Notes: generated by a model not told the origin, from the letters alone. Shown: positions 54,466-64,000, counted from the first letter of the stretch. The stretch: DNA of 64,000 nt from Acidimicrobiia bacterium (GCA_041581135.1 JBFGCM010000002.1:7307-71306); one strand, 5' to 3'. Numbers and translations: made by a program.

Positions 54466-55323
54466 ATGGCGGTGCCCGGCTGCGACGCTCAGGGTGTGAA
54501 CGCCATACTCGAGGCTCGTGATCTGGCCCCGAATGTGCGGTATTTCCGCGTCGAGGCGCCCAAGGTGGCGGCCAAACGCAAGCCGGGGCAGTTCGTCATC
54601 GTGCGGGTGGCCGAACACGGCGAACGCATACCCCTCACCATCGCCGACGCCGACCCGGCCGGGGGCTGGATCGCGCTCATCGTGCAGTCGGTCGGCAAGA
54701 CCACGATGACGATGAACAGACTCGAGGCGGGAGACCACCTCTTGGATCTGGCCGGACCGCTGGGGACGCCGTCTCACATCGAGCGCTTCGGCACCGTCGT
54801 CGTGGTGGGTGGCGGTGTGGGCACCGCCATCGCCTACCCCACCGCAGCCGCATTCGACGAGGCCGGCAACCGGGTGCTGTCCATCATCGGAGGTCGCAGC
54901 CGCCCCTACATCATCCTCGAGGAAGAGCTACAGGCGGTCTCCGCCGAGGTCTACCCGTGCACCGACGACGGCTCCTACGGCTTCCACGGCCTGGTGACCG
55001 ACAAGCTGGCCGAGGTCATCACCGCCGAGCCGGTCGATCGAGTGCTGGCGATCGGCCCGATTCCCATGATGGAGGCGGTTGCCGCCGTCACGGCTCCGAA
55101 CGACATCCCCACCATCGTGAGCCTCAACTCGATCATGGTCGACGGCACCGGGATGTGTGGGGGGTGCCGGGTACGGGTGGGTGGCGAGCGCCGGTTCACG
55201 TGTGTCGACGGCCCCGAGTTCGACGCCCACCAGGTCGACTTCGCTCAGCTGCGAACCCGCAACTCGGCGTACGAGGCGTGGGAGCACTACCGGCGGTTGG
55301 AGTGCGCCGAGGCGTCACCGTGA
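54466..55323 (+). CDS. NfnA/SudB/PyrK-like FAD/[2Fe-2S] electron-transfer subunit (ferredoxin-NADP+ reductase-like)
   Basis: FAD/NAD-binding barrel plus Rossmann fold, and a C-terminal Cys cluster MCGGCRV...FTCVDGP. Confidence 0.7.
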   Translation: MAVPGCDAQGVNAILEARDLAPNVRYFRVEAPKVAAKRKPGQFVIVRVAEHGERIPLTIADADPAGGWIALIVQSVGKTTMTMNRLEAGDHLLDLAGPLGTPSHIERFGTVVVVGGGVGTAIAYPTAAAFDEAGNRVLSIIGGRSRPYIILEEELQAVSAEVYPCTDDGSYGFHGLVTDKLAEVITAEPVDRVLAIGPIPMMEAVAAVTAPNDIPTIVSLNSIMVDGTGMCGGCRVRVGGERRFTCVDGPEFDAHQVDFAQLRTRNSAYEAWEHYRRLECAEASP

Positions 55324-56795
55324 GCGAGCTGACCCGCCGGGAGCGGATGCGACGTGACCCGGTCCCGATGCCGGAGCGAGCGCCGGAACAGCGACGCGTC
55401 GACTTCGACGAGGTCAACCTCGGCTACACACCGCAGATGGCCGTGGCCGAGGCCGAGCGGTGTCTGTTCTGCTCCCACCCGACGTGCGTGGAAGGGTGCC
55501 CGGTGTTGGTCGACATCGTCGGGTTCCTGGAGGCGATCGTCGCCGATGACTTCGCCGCCGCCGCCGACATCATCTCCCGCGACAACTCGTTGCCGGCCAT
55601 CTGTGGTCGGGTGTGCCCCCAGGAGGAGCAATGCGAGGGGGCGTGCGTGCTCGCCAAGAAGGGGAAGGCCATCCACATCGGCCACTTGGAGCGCTTCGTT
55701 GCCGACCACGCCCGCGCCCATGGCGGCGCGGTCGCCCGCCCGAAGAGGACCAGCGGCCACCGGGTGGCCGTGGTTGGCAGCGGACCGGCGGGGTTGGCAT
55801 GCGCCGCCGACCTCGCCAAGGCCGGCCACCACGTGACGGTGTTCGAGGCCCTCCACCAGCTCGGCGGGGTGCTCGCCTATGGCATCCCGCGGTTCCGGCT
55901 GCCGCGTGAGGTGATCACGGCCGAGACCGAGCGTCTCGGGGCATTGGGGGTGGAGTTCCGGACCAACAGCGTCATCGGCATGAGCGACACCATCGAGGAC
56001 CTGCTCACCACGGAGGGGTTCGACGCCGTGTTCGTGGGTGTCGGCGCCGGCCTGCCCCGATTCCTCGACGTTCCGGGAGAGGATCTGGTCGGGGTGTACT
56101 CGGCGAACGAGTTCCTGACCCGGGTCAACCTCATGGAGGCCTACACGGAGGAGGCCGACACCCCCGTCCTCGACCTCATCGGCAAGCGGGTCGCCGTGTT
56201 CGGCGGGGGGAACACCGCCATGGACGCCATTCGCACCGCGATCCGGCTGGGAGCGGCGCAGGCCCTCGTGCTGTATCGGCGCACGGAGGAGGAGATGCCG
56301 GCTCGTCTCGAAGAGGTGGCCCACGCCAAGGCGGAGGGGGTGGAGATCGTGCCGTTGGTGACACCGGTGGAGCTGCTGGCCGCCGACGAGAGCGGCCATC
56401 TGGGCGGTGTCCGGCTGCAGAGGATGCGGCTAGGAGAGCCCGACGCCGGTGGTCGCCGCCGACCCGTGCCCATTGCGGGGGAGACCTTCGACCTGCAGAT
56501 CGACGTCGCAATCGTCGCCATCGGCAACAGCCCCAACCCACTGCTGGCGAAGACCACGCCGGCGTTGGCCCACACCGATCGCGGCACCCTCGTGATCGAC
56601 CAGGAATCCGGCATGACGTCCATTCCGGGCGTCTTCGCCGGCGGCGACATCGTCACCGGCGGCGCCACGGTGATCCTCGCCATGGCCCAGGGTCGGCGCG
56701 CCGCCGCCGCCATCGACCGTTGGCTGCACGAGCTCGACGCCGAGCCCGCGGCACCGACGACACCGCCGGCGGCACCTGAAGGCTCGCCCGTCTAG
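55320..56795 (+). CDS. NfnB/SudA/GltD-like NADPH-dependent oxidoreductase subunit (glutamate synthase small-chain family)
   Basis: GTG at 55320 (GTGA overlap). Two [4Fe-4S] Cys clusters (CLFCSHPTCVEGCP, CGRVCPQEEQCEGAC) and two dinucleotide-binding motifs (VAVVGSGPAGL, VAVFGGGNTAMD). Confidence 0.8.
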   Translation: MSELTRRERMRRDPVPMPERAPEQRRVDFDEVNLGYTPQMAVAEAERCLFCSHPTCVEGCPVLVDIVGFLEAIVADDFAAAADIISRDNSLPAICGRVCPQEEQCEGACVLAKKGKAIHIGHLERFVADHARAHGGAVARPKRTSGHRVAVVGSGPAGLACAADLAKAGHHVTVFEALHQLGGVLAYGIPRFRLPREVITAETERLGALGVEFRTNSVIGMSDTIEDLLTTEGFDAVFVGVGAGLPRFLDVPGEDLVGVYSANEFLTRVNLMEAYTEEADTPVLDLIGKRVAVFGGGNTAMDAIRTAIRLGAAQALVLYRRTEEEMPARLEEVAHAKAEGVEIVPLVTPVELLAADESGHLGGVRLQRMRLGEPDAGGRRRPVPIAGETFDLQIDVAIVAIGNSPNPLLAKTTPALAHTDRGTLVIDQESGMTSIPGVFAGGDIVTGGATVILAMAQGRRAAAAIDRWLHELDAEPAAPTTPPAAPEGSPV

Positions 56796-58162
56796 ACCGC
56801 CACCGGCGTGTCGCGGCCCATGTCGGAGAAGAGCGTGAACTCGGGGAGGAAGGTCATCTCGACCCGGCCGACCGCTCCTTGCCGGTGCTTGGCGATGATG
56901 ACCTCGGCGATACCCCGGGTCTCCAGGGCCTCGGGGTTGTAGTACTCGTGGCGGTAGATGAACGCCACGATGTCGGCGTCCTGCTCGATGGCGCCCGACT
57001 CCCGCAGGTCGCCGAGCCGGGGCCGCTTGTCCTCTCGTGACTCCAGGCTCCGGTTGAGCTGGGACAAGGCGATGATCGGGATGTGCAACTCCCGCGCCAG
57101 GTTCTTGAGACTGCGGCTGATGGCGGCGATCTCCTGCTGGCGGTTCTCCTGGCTGCGGGTGCCGGTGCCCTGCATCAACTGGATGTAATCCACCACCACC
57201 AGCTCCAGCCCGGGCTTGCGCGCCAGCCGGCGGCACTTGGCCCGGATCTCGGTGACGGTCAAGGCCGCCGAATCGTCGACGTAGATCGGCTTGTTGTACA
57301 GCGCGCTGGCGGCGTTCGACAACTTGGTGAAGTCGCCCTCACTGAGGCGACCGGTCCGCAGCTTCTGGGAGTCGATGCGGCCCGTGGAGCAGAGCATGCG
57401 GGACACCGTCTCCTCCCGGCTCATCTCCAACGTGAAGACGGCCACCGGACCCCGAACCAACGCCACGTTCTGGGCGATGTTCAACGCCAGGGCGCTCTTC
57501 CCCATCGACGGGCGGCCGGCGATGATCACGAGGTTGGCGGGGTGGAGCCCGGACAGCTTTTGGTCGAGATCGCGGAAACCCGTCGGCACGCCGGTGACGT
57601 CGCTCCCCCGGCGGCGCATCTCCTCTGCCTGTTCGATGGCCGGCCCCAGGAGAGGATCGATCAATGCCAGGCCGTCACCGACCCGCCGTTCGGACACGCC
57701 GAACACGGCTTGCTCGGCGCGGTCGAGGACGTCGGCGATCGGCTCGTCGACCCCCATGGCCAGATCGGTGACCTCCCGCCCCACACGGATCAACCTGCGC
57801 CGCAGCGAGTGCTCCTCGACGATGGCGGCGTAGTAGTCGACGTTGGACGTCGCCGGCACCGCCTCGATGAGACCGGTGAGGAACCCGACCCCGCCGACCC
57901 GGTCCAGGGCCGACTTCCGGCGCAGCTCCTCCGACACCGTGATGGCGTCGATGGGCTGGTTGGCGTCGTACAGCTCGATAACGGCCTGAAAGACGTCTTG
58001 ATGGGATGGCGCGTAGAAGTCTTCGGGATGGAGGCGTTCGAGTGCGATGTTGGCCGCGTCCGACGACAGCAGGATCGCCCCTAGTACCGACTCCTCCGCT
58101 TCGGCGCTGTGAGGCGGTACTCGAGGGGAAGCAGTACGTGGGCCATCTGTGTAGGTCGTCAT
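56792..58162 (-). CDS. dnaB: Replicative DNA helicase DnaB (no intein)
   Basis: N-terminal domain EAEESVLGAILL, Walker A GRPSMGKSALAL, ...LSQLNRSLE... Confidence 0.9.
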   Translation of the reverse strand: MTTYTDGPRTASPRVPPHSAEAEESVLGAILLSSDAANIALERLHPEDFYAPSHQDVFQAVIELYDANQPIDAITVSEELRRKSALDRVGGVGFLTGLIEAVPATSNVDYYAAIVEEHSLRRRLIRVGREVTDLAMGVDEPIADVLDRAEQAVFGVSERRVGDGLALIDPLLGPAIEQAEEMRRRGSDVTGVPTGFRDLDQKLSGLHPANLVIIAGRPSMGKSALALNIAQNVALVRGPVAVFTLEMSREETVSRMLCSTGRIDSQKLRTGRLSEGDFTKLSNAASALYNKPIYVDDSAALTVTEIRAKCRRLARKPGLELVVVDYIQLMQGTGTRSQENRQQEIAAISRSLKNLARELHIPIIALSQLNRSLESREDKRPRLGDLRESGAIEQDADIVAFIYRHEYYNPEALETRGIAEVIIAKHRQGAVGRVEMTFLPEFTLFSDMGRDTPVAV

Positions 58163-58166
58163 CAGC

Positions 58167-58613
58167 TCATGCCGGTATCACGTCCAGGATGACGTTGAAC
58201 TCGACGTCGGGGTGCGGGGTGAGCCGGACCTCGTGGAGACCGATCTCCCGGATGGGTTCGCTGATCGCGACGATCTTGCGATCGACTTCCTGACCGGAGA
58301 ACTTCTTGATGGCTTCCGCCACGTCCGAAGCACCGATCGATCCGAACAGCCGGCCTTCGTCGCCGGCCCGGGCGGCGACCACCACGCGGGAGCCCACCAG
58401 AGCCTGGGACAGCGACTCGGCCTCGTCGAGGGCACGCCGGGCGCTCTCCTCGCGAGCCCGCTTCATGGCTTCTGCCTGGCGCAGCGCGCCACGGGTTGCG
58501 ATCACCGCAAGCGACTTGGGGATCAGATAGTTGCGGCCGTAGCCGTCGGCGACGTCGACGATGTCACCCTTGTGGCCGAGGCGGTCGACGTCTTCGGTGA
58601 GGATGACCTTCAT
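58167..58613 (-). CDS. rplI: 50S ribosomal protein L9
   Basis: [36 protein letters not shown]... Confidence 0.9.
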   Translation of the reverse strand: MKVILTEDVDRLGHKGDIVDVADGYGRNYLIPKSLAVIATRGALRQAEAMKRAREESARRALDEAESLSQALVGSRVVVAARAGDEGRLFGSIGASDVAEAIKKFSGQEVDRKIVAISEPIREIGLHEVRLTPHPDVEFNVILDVIPA

Positions 58614-58906
58614 TCGCCACCTCGTCCGCGGCGCCCGGCCGGAGCGGCGGTGGACACATACGGAAGCAGCGCCATCTCGCGGGCGTTCTTGATGGCCGTC
58701 GCCACCTCGCGCTGGTGCTGAGCACAGTTGCCCGTCACCCGCCGCGCCCGGATCTTGGCGCGGTCGGACATGAACTTGCGCAGCAGCGCAATGTCCTTGT
58801 AGTCGATGGCCGGGGCGTCCTTCTGCACGCAGAACATGCAGACTTTCTTCCGCCGCCGACTGTCGGCGCGGTCGTCGCGGCGACGCTTGCGGTTACGTGG
58901 TGGCAT
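58610..58906 (-). CDS. rpsR: 30S ribosomal protein S18
   Basis: ...[61 protein letters not shown]. Confidence 0.85.
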   Translation of the reverse strand: MPPRNRKRRRDDRADSRRRKKVCMFCVQKDAPAIDYKDIALLRKFMSDRAKIRARRVTGNCAQHQREVATAIKNAREMALLPYVSTAAPAGRRGRGGE

Positions 58907-58925
58907 TGATCAAAACTCCTGTGGA

Positions 58926-59384
58926 TCAGAAGGGGGCTTCGTCTGGCCCGTAGTCCTCACGGGCAACGGGAGCAGCGGGCACCGTGGCCTCACGGCCGCC
59001 GCTGTTCCCCCAGTCGCTGGCGCCCGTGCGTGGCGTCTTGGTGACCTGGGCGGTCGCCCAGCGCACCGACGGACCGATCTCGTCGATCTGGATCTCGACC
59101 GTCGACCGCTTCTCGCCCTCGTTGGTCTCCCAGGACCGTTGCTCGAGCCGACCGGTGATGATCACGCGCATGCCCTTGGTGAGGGACTCTGCGACGTTCT
59201 CGGCCATGTCCCGCCAGCACACGGCGGTGAAGTAGCTGGTGTCTTCCTGCCACTCCTGGTTCTGGTCTCGCCAGCGCCGGTTGACGGCGACGCGCAACCG
59301 GGCGAGCGCCACACCGGAGGGTGTGAACCGCAGCTCGGGATCGTCAACGAGGTTGCCGATGACGGTGACGGTGTTCGCAGGCAT
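58926..59384 (-). CDS. ssb: Single-stranded DNA-binding protein
   Basis: MPANTVTVIGNLVDDPELRFTPSGVALARLRVAVNRRW... OB-fold, Gly-rich acidic tail ending DEAPF. Confidence 0.9.
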   Translation of the reverse strand: MPANTVTVIGNLVDDPELRFTPSGVALARLRVAVNRRWRDQNQEWQEDTSYFTAVCWRDMAENVAESLTKGMRVIITGRLEQRSWETNEGEKRSTVEIQIDEIGPSVRWATAQVTKTPRTGASDWGNSGGREATVPAAPVAREDYGPDEAPF

Positions 59385-59451
59385 CTTTCCCCAATTCTCT
59401 CTTCGTCGGTTTGTGTCACAGTCTCACCGGAGCCTGTGACAGATTTCGTCG

Positions 59452-59745
59452 TTACCGGTCCCCGACCCGGAGGATCTTGTGGCGAACCACGGTGTCGGAG
59501 AGGGAAAGTGCCCGGTCAAGGTCATCGACCAAGGGCGACTCGCCGTCGAACGAGACGACGGAGTAGAAGCCCTCGGTGAGGTGGTCTACTTCGTACGCGA
59601 AGCGGCGCTTGCCCCAGAAATCGGAGTCATGCACGGCGCCTTCACGCTCGCTGATCGTGGTCTCGACGACGGTCACCTCTCGCCGTACGTCGACTTCGGC
59701 CATCTCGGGCCGGTGGATCATCATCAACTCATACGTCCGTTTCAC
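59452..59745 (-). CDS. rpsF: 30S ribosomal protein S6
   Basis: MKRTYELMMIHRPEMAE...GKRRFAYEVDHLTEGFY. Confidence 0.85.
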   Translation of the reverse strand: MKRTYELMMIHRPEMAEVDVRREVTVVETTISEREGAVHDSDFWGKRRFAYEVDHLTEGFYSVVSFDGESPLVDDLDRALSLSDTVVRHKILRVGDR

Positions 59746-59829
59746 ACAAACCTCCTCTGGACATCCCGTCTTGGGAAGGCCCCCGACGTTCGGGAGCAGG
59801 CGGTTGACGCGGCGGCAGTGTACAGCGCG

Positions 59830-60387
59830 CTAGGGGTTGACGTCGAGACGTGCCGCGGGGTCCAATCCCACCAACTCGCCCTGGGGCATCTCGACGGTGA
59901 GCTGGTAGAACCCGCCCGGTTTGTAGACGGGACACGTCTGGTCGCCGAGGCACGGCTCCATCTGGAGCACATCCACCAGGCTGCCGTCTGCGGCGAAGAA
60001 GGCGATGTCCAAAGGCATCGGAGTGTCCTTCATCCAGAAGCCGGACTGGACCGGAGCATCGAAGACGAACAGCATGCCATCGACGTCGCCCAGGTCGGTG
60101 ACGTTCATCAAGCCCCGCGACCGCAGAGTCGAGGTGTCCGCCACGGCCACCCACAGGGGCCGGCCACCGATGGTGATCGGAGCGACGTCGAAGCCCTCCA
60201 GTTGGGGGGGAATCTCCGGCTCGGGAGGCCACACCGCTACCGGCGTCGTGGTCACCGGGCTGGTCGTCGCCGGGCTCGTGGAACCCGGATTGGTCGTCAC
60301 GGGGCTGGTGGTCACCGCCCCCTCGGACGGTGCACGCGTCGTGGTCGGGGCAAGCGTCAAGGGAGCGGCGTCGTCGCCGCAGGCCAC
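59830..60387 (-). CDS. DUF192-domain protein, probably a lipoprotein. The 5' end is uncertain: a signal-peptide-like sequence is encoded upstream of the first canonical start
   Basis: ...LWVAVADTSTLRSRGLM...DGMLFVF...FWMKDTPMPLDIAF is the DUF192 core. Upstream, in-frame codons read RRLSLLLCGAVLLLVAC-GDD with no ATG/GTG/TTG. Confidence 0.6.
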   Translation of the reverse strand: MACGDDAAPLTLAPTTTRAPSEGAVTTSPVTTNPGSTSPATTSPVTTTPVAVWPPEPEIPPQLEGFDVAPITIGGRPLWVAVADTSTLRSRGLMNVTDLGDVDGMLFVFDAPVQSGFWMKDTPMPLDIAFFAADGSLVDVLQMEPCLGDQTCPVYKPGGFYQLTVEMPQGELVGLDPAARLDVNP

Positions 60388-60419
60388 CAGCAGGAGGACT
60401 GCTCCGCAGAGGAGCAGGC

Positions 60420-61343
60420 TCAGCCGCCTAACGCCGTACCGTCCTCGTTCATGGGATTCAGGTAGACGACGTCACCGCGACGGCCGGTCAACTCTGCGGC
60501 GACCTCGGCGGGCATGTGATACGTCTCTTCCTCAGCGGGGAAGGCGCCCGACTCGACGTCGGCAAAGAAGGCGCTCACCGCCTCCACCGCAGCAGCGGTG
60601 AGGTCGGCGTAAGGGCGTACGAACTTGGCGACACGAGGCTCCTCGAGCCCGGACAACCCCACCAGATCGTGGAACACCAGCACTTGTCCGTCGCAGTGCA
60701 CACCAGCTCCGATGCCGATAGTGGGTGCGTCCACCTGGTCGGTGATCATCTCGGCGAGGAGATCGGGGACGCCTTCCAACACGATGGCGAACACGCCGGC
60801 ATCCGAGAGTGCCTTGGCGTCGGCGATCAGGCTGTGGGCGGCGTCGGCGTCCTTGCCCTGCACCCGGTACCCGCCCATGGCGTGCAGCGATTGGGGAGTG
60901 AGACCCACATGGCCCATCACCGGGATCTCGGCTCGCTGCAACGCCCGAATCATGTCGATGCGATCGCGGCCCCCTTCCAGCTTCACCGCACCCGCACCAC
61001 CTTCGCGAATGAAGCGGCCGGCGTTGGCGACGGTCTCCTCCTCGGAGACGTGGTAGGTCATCCACGGCATGTCGCCCACCACGAGCGCGCGCGGCTTCAC
61101 CCTGCTGACCGCGGCGGTGTGGTGCACCATCTGGTCCAACGTCACCGACAGCGTGTCCTCGTGTCCCAGAACCACGTTGGCCACCGAATCCCCGACGAGG
61201 ATGATGTCGGCTCCCGCCCGATCGGCGATGCGCGCCGTCGGCGCATCGTAGGCGGTGATCATCTTGATCTTCTCGCCACCCTTGCGGGCGCGGATGGCGG
61301 GTGCAGTCACTGGCTTGGCCGAGCCAGGGGTCACCGACGACAT
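60420..61343 (-). CDS. panB: 3-methyl-2-oxobutanoate hydroxymethyltransferase
   Basis: ATG at 61343. ...KIKMITAYDAPTARIADRAGADIILVGDS...GHVGLTPQS. The upstream 133 codons of the ORF-track call look non-coding. Confidence 0.85.
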   Translation of the reverse strand: MSSVTPGSAKPVTAPAIRARKGGEKIKMITAYDAPTARIADRAGADIILVGDSVANVVLGHEDTLSVTLDQMVHHTAAVSRVKPRALVVGDMPWMTYHVSEEETVANAGRFIREGGAGAVKLEGGRDRIDMIRALQRAEIPVMGHVGLTPQSLHAMGGYRVQGKDADAAHSLIADAKALSDAGVFAIVLEGVPDLLAEMITDQVDAPTIGIGAGVHCDGQVLVFHDLVGLSGLEEPRVAKFVRPYADLTAAAVEAVSAFFADVESGAFPAEEETYHMPAEVAAELTGRRGDVVYLNPMNEDGTALGG

Positions 61344-61536
61344 GGCGCTCCTCTCTCTCCCCACCAGCTCTTGGTTGGGGGAAGCCACACGGTTGCAAAC
61401 TCGGCACCGCAGCGTGCCGAGTTGCCTCGGCCGCCCGTGGGTCGGCCGTGCCGGTCGCCGCAGCGCACGCCGAGTATATCGGCACCCGAGTGTGGACTTT
61501 GAGCCGGCACCGCCCATCGGGCTAGGTTCCGGGGTC

Positions 61537-62013
61537 ATGGCACGCAAAGACATCACGATGACGCCCGAGGAGATGGCCGATTTCCTCGACCGCGGCACCA
61601 CGCTGCAGGTGGCCACACTCGACAAACACGGCTGGCCCCACGTCGCGCCGATGTGGTACTTCGTCGACGATGGCAAGGTGGTGTTCCGGTCCTTCACGAA
61701 GTCACAGAAGATCGTGAACCTGCAACGCGATCCGCGCCTCACGGTCCTGCTCGAGGACGGCCTCGACTACTCACAGTTGCGCGGTCTCATGATCCGGGGC
61801 GAGGCGCGGCTGGTGACCGATCGGGACTACGTGCTGGAGTCCTACCGGCAACTGGCCGCGAAGTATCCCATGCTGGAGGGGGCACCCACTCAGCTGGATG
61901 CTGTCGCGCTCGAAGCCGCATTCGGGCGATTCGCCGAGAAGAACACCGCAGTGGTGGTGCAGCCCACCAAGGTCTCGAGCTGGGATCATCGCAAGCTCTC
62001 CGGGGCTTACTGA
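61537..62013 (+). CDS. Pyridoxamine 5'-phosphate oxidase-family (PPOX class, probable F420-dependent) protein
   Basis: ATG at 61537. ...TLQVATLDKHGWPHVAPMWYFVDDGKVVF... split-barrel signature. Confidence 0.7.
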   Translation: MARKDITMTPEEMADFLDRGTTLQVATLDKHGWPHVAPMWYFVDDGKVVFRSFTKSQKIVNLQRDPRLTVLLEDGLDYSQLRGLMIRGEARLVTDRDYVLESYRQLAAKYPMLEGAPTQLDAVALEAAFGRFAEKNTAVVVQPTKVSSWDHRKLSGAY

Positions 62014-62046
62014 GAACGTTTCTCGACTTCAAGTATTGCTAAGGAA

Positions 62047-63861
62047 TTGCCGATAGAGAACACTATGAGTAGTCGCGCTCCGGAGCTTCCCGCTTCACTC
62101 GACAAACAGAAATTCAAGATCTCCCGCAAGGGATATGACAAGAACGAAGTCCGCGCCTTCCTGCGCGAGATCGAGACGAACTTCCGGGATCTGGAGAACT
62201 GGGCGTTCGACACCAAGCGACGCCTTCGGGTCGCCGAGATAGAGGCCGAGCGGTCCAAGGAAGTCGAGAATGTGTCCGTCGACAACGCGATGTTCGCCGT
62301 GTTCGACGCCAAGGACCGCATCCTGCAGCGCGCCCGGACCCGCGCCGAGCGTATAGAGGCCGAGGCGCGCCGCAATGCCGCCGCCATCCAGCAGCAGGCG
62401 CAGGCCGCCGTGCTCGCGGAGCCGCCCCCGGCCACGGAGCGCCTGGACATCATCGAGCTTCAAGCGGCGCGGGATCGGCTCACTGCAGAGGTCGTGGAGC
62501 TGCGCCGGCAGCTCGCGTCGAGCACGACGGACACGACGCTGCAGGCGGAGCTGGAGACGGTGCGGGCCGAGCTGAATGCCGAGCGGAACCGCGTCCAGAC
62601 TGCGACCCAAGACGCCATGGAGGCGCATCGTCGCGCCGCCGAGGCAGCTGCAGCGGAACAGACGGCTCGAGAGATCGCCGCGCGGGCGCTCAAAGAAGCC
62701 GAGCACCTTCGCGGCGAAGCCGCCGCGGCAGAAGCGCGATGGCAGTCGCTCGTCGAGGACGCCCCGGACCGTGAAGAGGCGACGCGCGCCATGGAGGAAG
62801 CCGCGGCGCGGGCCCGAGCCGCAGAGGAAGAGCTGGTAGCGGCCCGGCACCAGGTGGCGGAGCTGCGCGCCGAGGCCGAGACGATCCTCGCCGACGCCGT
62901 GAAGCAGGCCGACGAGTTGACCGCCATGGCGCGACAGGAACTCGCTCGCCTCACCGAAGAGCACGCGACGGTGCAGGCGGAACTGCAAACCGAGGGCGAC
63001 CGGCTCGCCGACGCACGTGAGTCGGCGACTCGCATCCTCGAGCAAGCCGGCCATGAGGCGCAGAAGCGCGCCCAATCGATCGTCGAGGGTGCCGAGCGCA
63101 GGTTGGAGGAAGTGGCAGCCGCCGAGGAAGCGCTTCGCCGTCGCGAAGAAGAGATCGAGGCCGCGGAGGCTCGCGCCACGGAGGCCGTCACGGCGGCCGA
63201 GCGCAGCGCAACCGAGATTCGTGAGTCCGCCGTCGCCCTCCACCAGGAGGCCCAGGCGGTGCTCGAAGCGGCACGCGCCAGGGCCGAGACACTCTCAGAG
63301 TCCGAGCAACAGGCGTTTGCACTCGTCGAGCAAGCCCAGCGTGAAGCCGCAGGCCTCCGGGCTGCCGCCGAGGGGGAGGCGGCAGCCGTCCGGGCAGAGT
63401 TCGAGCAGTTCAACGTCGACGTCGAAGAGGTCACCGAGTCCCGACGCCAGGCCGACGCCGCTCGGGCCGAAGCCGAACAGCTCGCAGCGCTGCTGGACGC
63501 CCGGGAAGCCGAACTGGCGGCGCGCGAACGCTCCCTCACCGAGCGGGCCGAGGCGCTGGCTGCGCAGGTAGAGGCGGCGGCGACCCGTGAAGCGGAGCTG
63601 GAGGCTGAAGCCGAGCGACTCGAGAAGGCCCTCTCCAACCCAGAAGTGCTGACCCGCGAGGACATCGCGGCAGGTCGGCGGGCATCGGTCAGCAGGGCGC
63701 ACGACGAATCTACCGGCAACGGCAACGAGCCGTCGCTGAGCCGGTACTCGCGCCGCTCGGCCAAGCTGCCCCGGATCGGCGAGAACGCCCAGTCATCGGT
63801 GATCGAGTCCATGCGCGGCCTGCGCAAGGGCTTCCGGGAGTTGGCCGAAGACGACGACTGA
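62047..63861 (+). CDS. DivIVA-domain protein with an extremely long Ala/Glu/Arg-rich coiled coil (start at TTG 62047 or ATG 62065)
   Basis: The N-terminus ...LDKQKFKISRKGYDKNEVRAFLREIETNFRDLE is the DivIVA domain. The 5' end of the gene sits in a noticeably AT-richer stretch. Confidence 0.7.
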   Translation: MPIENTMSSRAPELPASLDKQKFKISRKGYDKNEVRAFLREIETNFRDLENWAFDTKRRLRVAEIEAERSKEVENVSVDNAMFAVFDAKDRILQRARTRAERIEAEARRNAAAIQQQAQAAVLAEPPPATERLDIIELQAARDRLTAEVVELRRQLASSTTDTTLQAELETVRAELNAERNRVQTATQDAMEAHRRAAEAAAAEQTAREIAARALKEAEHLRGEAAAAEARWQSLVEDAPDREEATRAMEEAAARARAAEEELVAARHQVAELRAEAETILADAVKQADELTAMARQELARLTEEHATVQAELQTEGDRLADARESATRILEQAGHEAQKRAQSIVEGAERRLEEVAAAEEALRRREEEIEAAEARATEAVTAAERSATEIRESAVALHQEAQAVLEAARARAETLSESEQQAFALVEQAQREAAGLRAAAEGEAAAVRAEFEQFNVDVEEVTESRRQADAARAEAEQLAALLDAREAELAARERSLTERAEALAAQVEAAATREAELEAEAERLEKALSNPEVLTREDIAAGRRASVSRAHDESTGNGNEPSLSRYSRRSAKLPRIGENAQSSVIESMRGLRKGFRELAEDDD

Positions 63862-63940
63862 GCCACCCCACCGGCGAGGCTCACGGGAGTAGCGTTGAGG
63901 TGCAACCGCACCGCGCCCGGGCACCTGAGGAGGGAGTGCC

Positions 63941-64000
63941 ATGGCGGAGTACCAGATCCCGTACCACCTGCCCCTGTCGGCCATCCGCTTCTCCGGTACC
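63941..64000 (+). CDS. Start of an ORF running off the window (MAEYQIPYHLPLSAIRFSGT...)
   Basis: ATG at 63941. Only 20 codons are visible. Confidence 0.25.
   Translation, partial: MAEYQIPYHLPLSAIRFSGT

Noticed and set aside
1-64000. Mobile elements, prophage and CRISPR
   Set aside because: I saw no transposase, integrase or recombinase ORFs, no direct-repeat/spacer arrays, and no phage structural genes. The only repeats seen are the 50-nt palindromic element and the intragenic 21-bp Thr-codon repeats.

Overview
High-GC (roughly 70% by eye) chromosomal segment from an actinobacterium; codon usage and gene content suggest Actinomycetota, possibly Acidimicrobiia-like. The window is gene-dense and mostly chromosomal backbone. 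I found no transposases, integrases, phage genes or CRISPR arrays. Recognisable genes include: a Ni/Co ECF-type uptake operon (cbiMN-cbiQ-cbiO) under a Fur-family regulator with a textbook Nur-box (TTGCAA-N5-TTGCAG); a UvrD-family helicase carrying an HRDC domain; a reverse-transsulfuration-like cluster (CBS/CysK-like, CGS/CGL-like); a csoR-copZ-copA copper efflux operon with a near-perfect CsoR operator palindrome; three ABC-2 type exporters and a giant FtsX/MacB-like permease with two ATPases; idi-dxs; a PAC2-family protein, a Wzy_C/O-antigen-ligase-like membrane protein and a Thr-rich repeat secreted protein; thrB and a 30-aa bS22-like ribosomal protein gene missed by the ORF track; tRNA-Gly(CCC); dcd; an OmpA-like protein; hupE; an NfnAB-like oxidoreductase; the conserved rpsF-ssb-rpsR-rplI-dnaB cluster; panB; and a DivIVA-domain protein. 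Two observations stand out. (1) A small IscA/HesB-like ORF on the minus strand (48526..48819) has an in-frame TGA aligned to the conserved IscA cysteine. A hairpin with a GGUC apical tetraloop sits 12 nt downstream, resembling an E. coli fdhF-type bacterial SECIS. This is a candidate selenoprotein, co-oriented with a GcvT-like aminomethyltransferase and a CrtI-like FAD oxidoreductase. (2) A ~50-nt structured palindromic repeat (GTCGAGTGTGC...TAAT...GCACAA(C/T)CGAC) occurs three times: twice in tandem immediately upstream of a YhhQ/VUT-family (queuosine-precursor) transporter gene, and once next to the CsoR operator. It looks like an unrecognised cis-regulatory RNA or REP-like element. Many long ORFs in the six-frame track are antisense GC artefacts and were not called.
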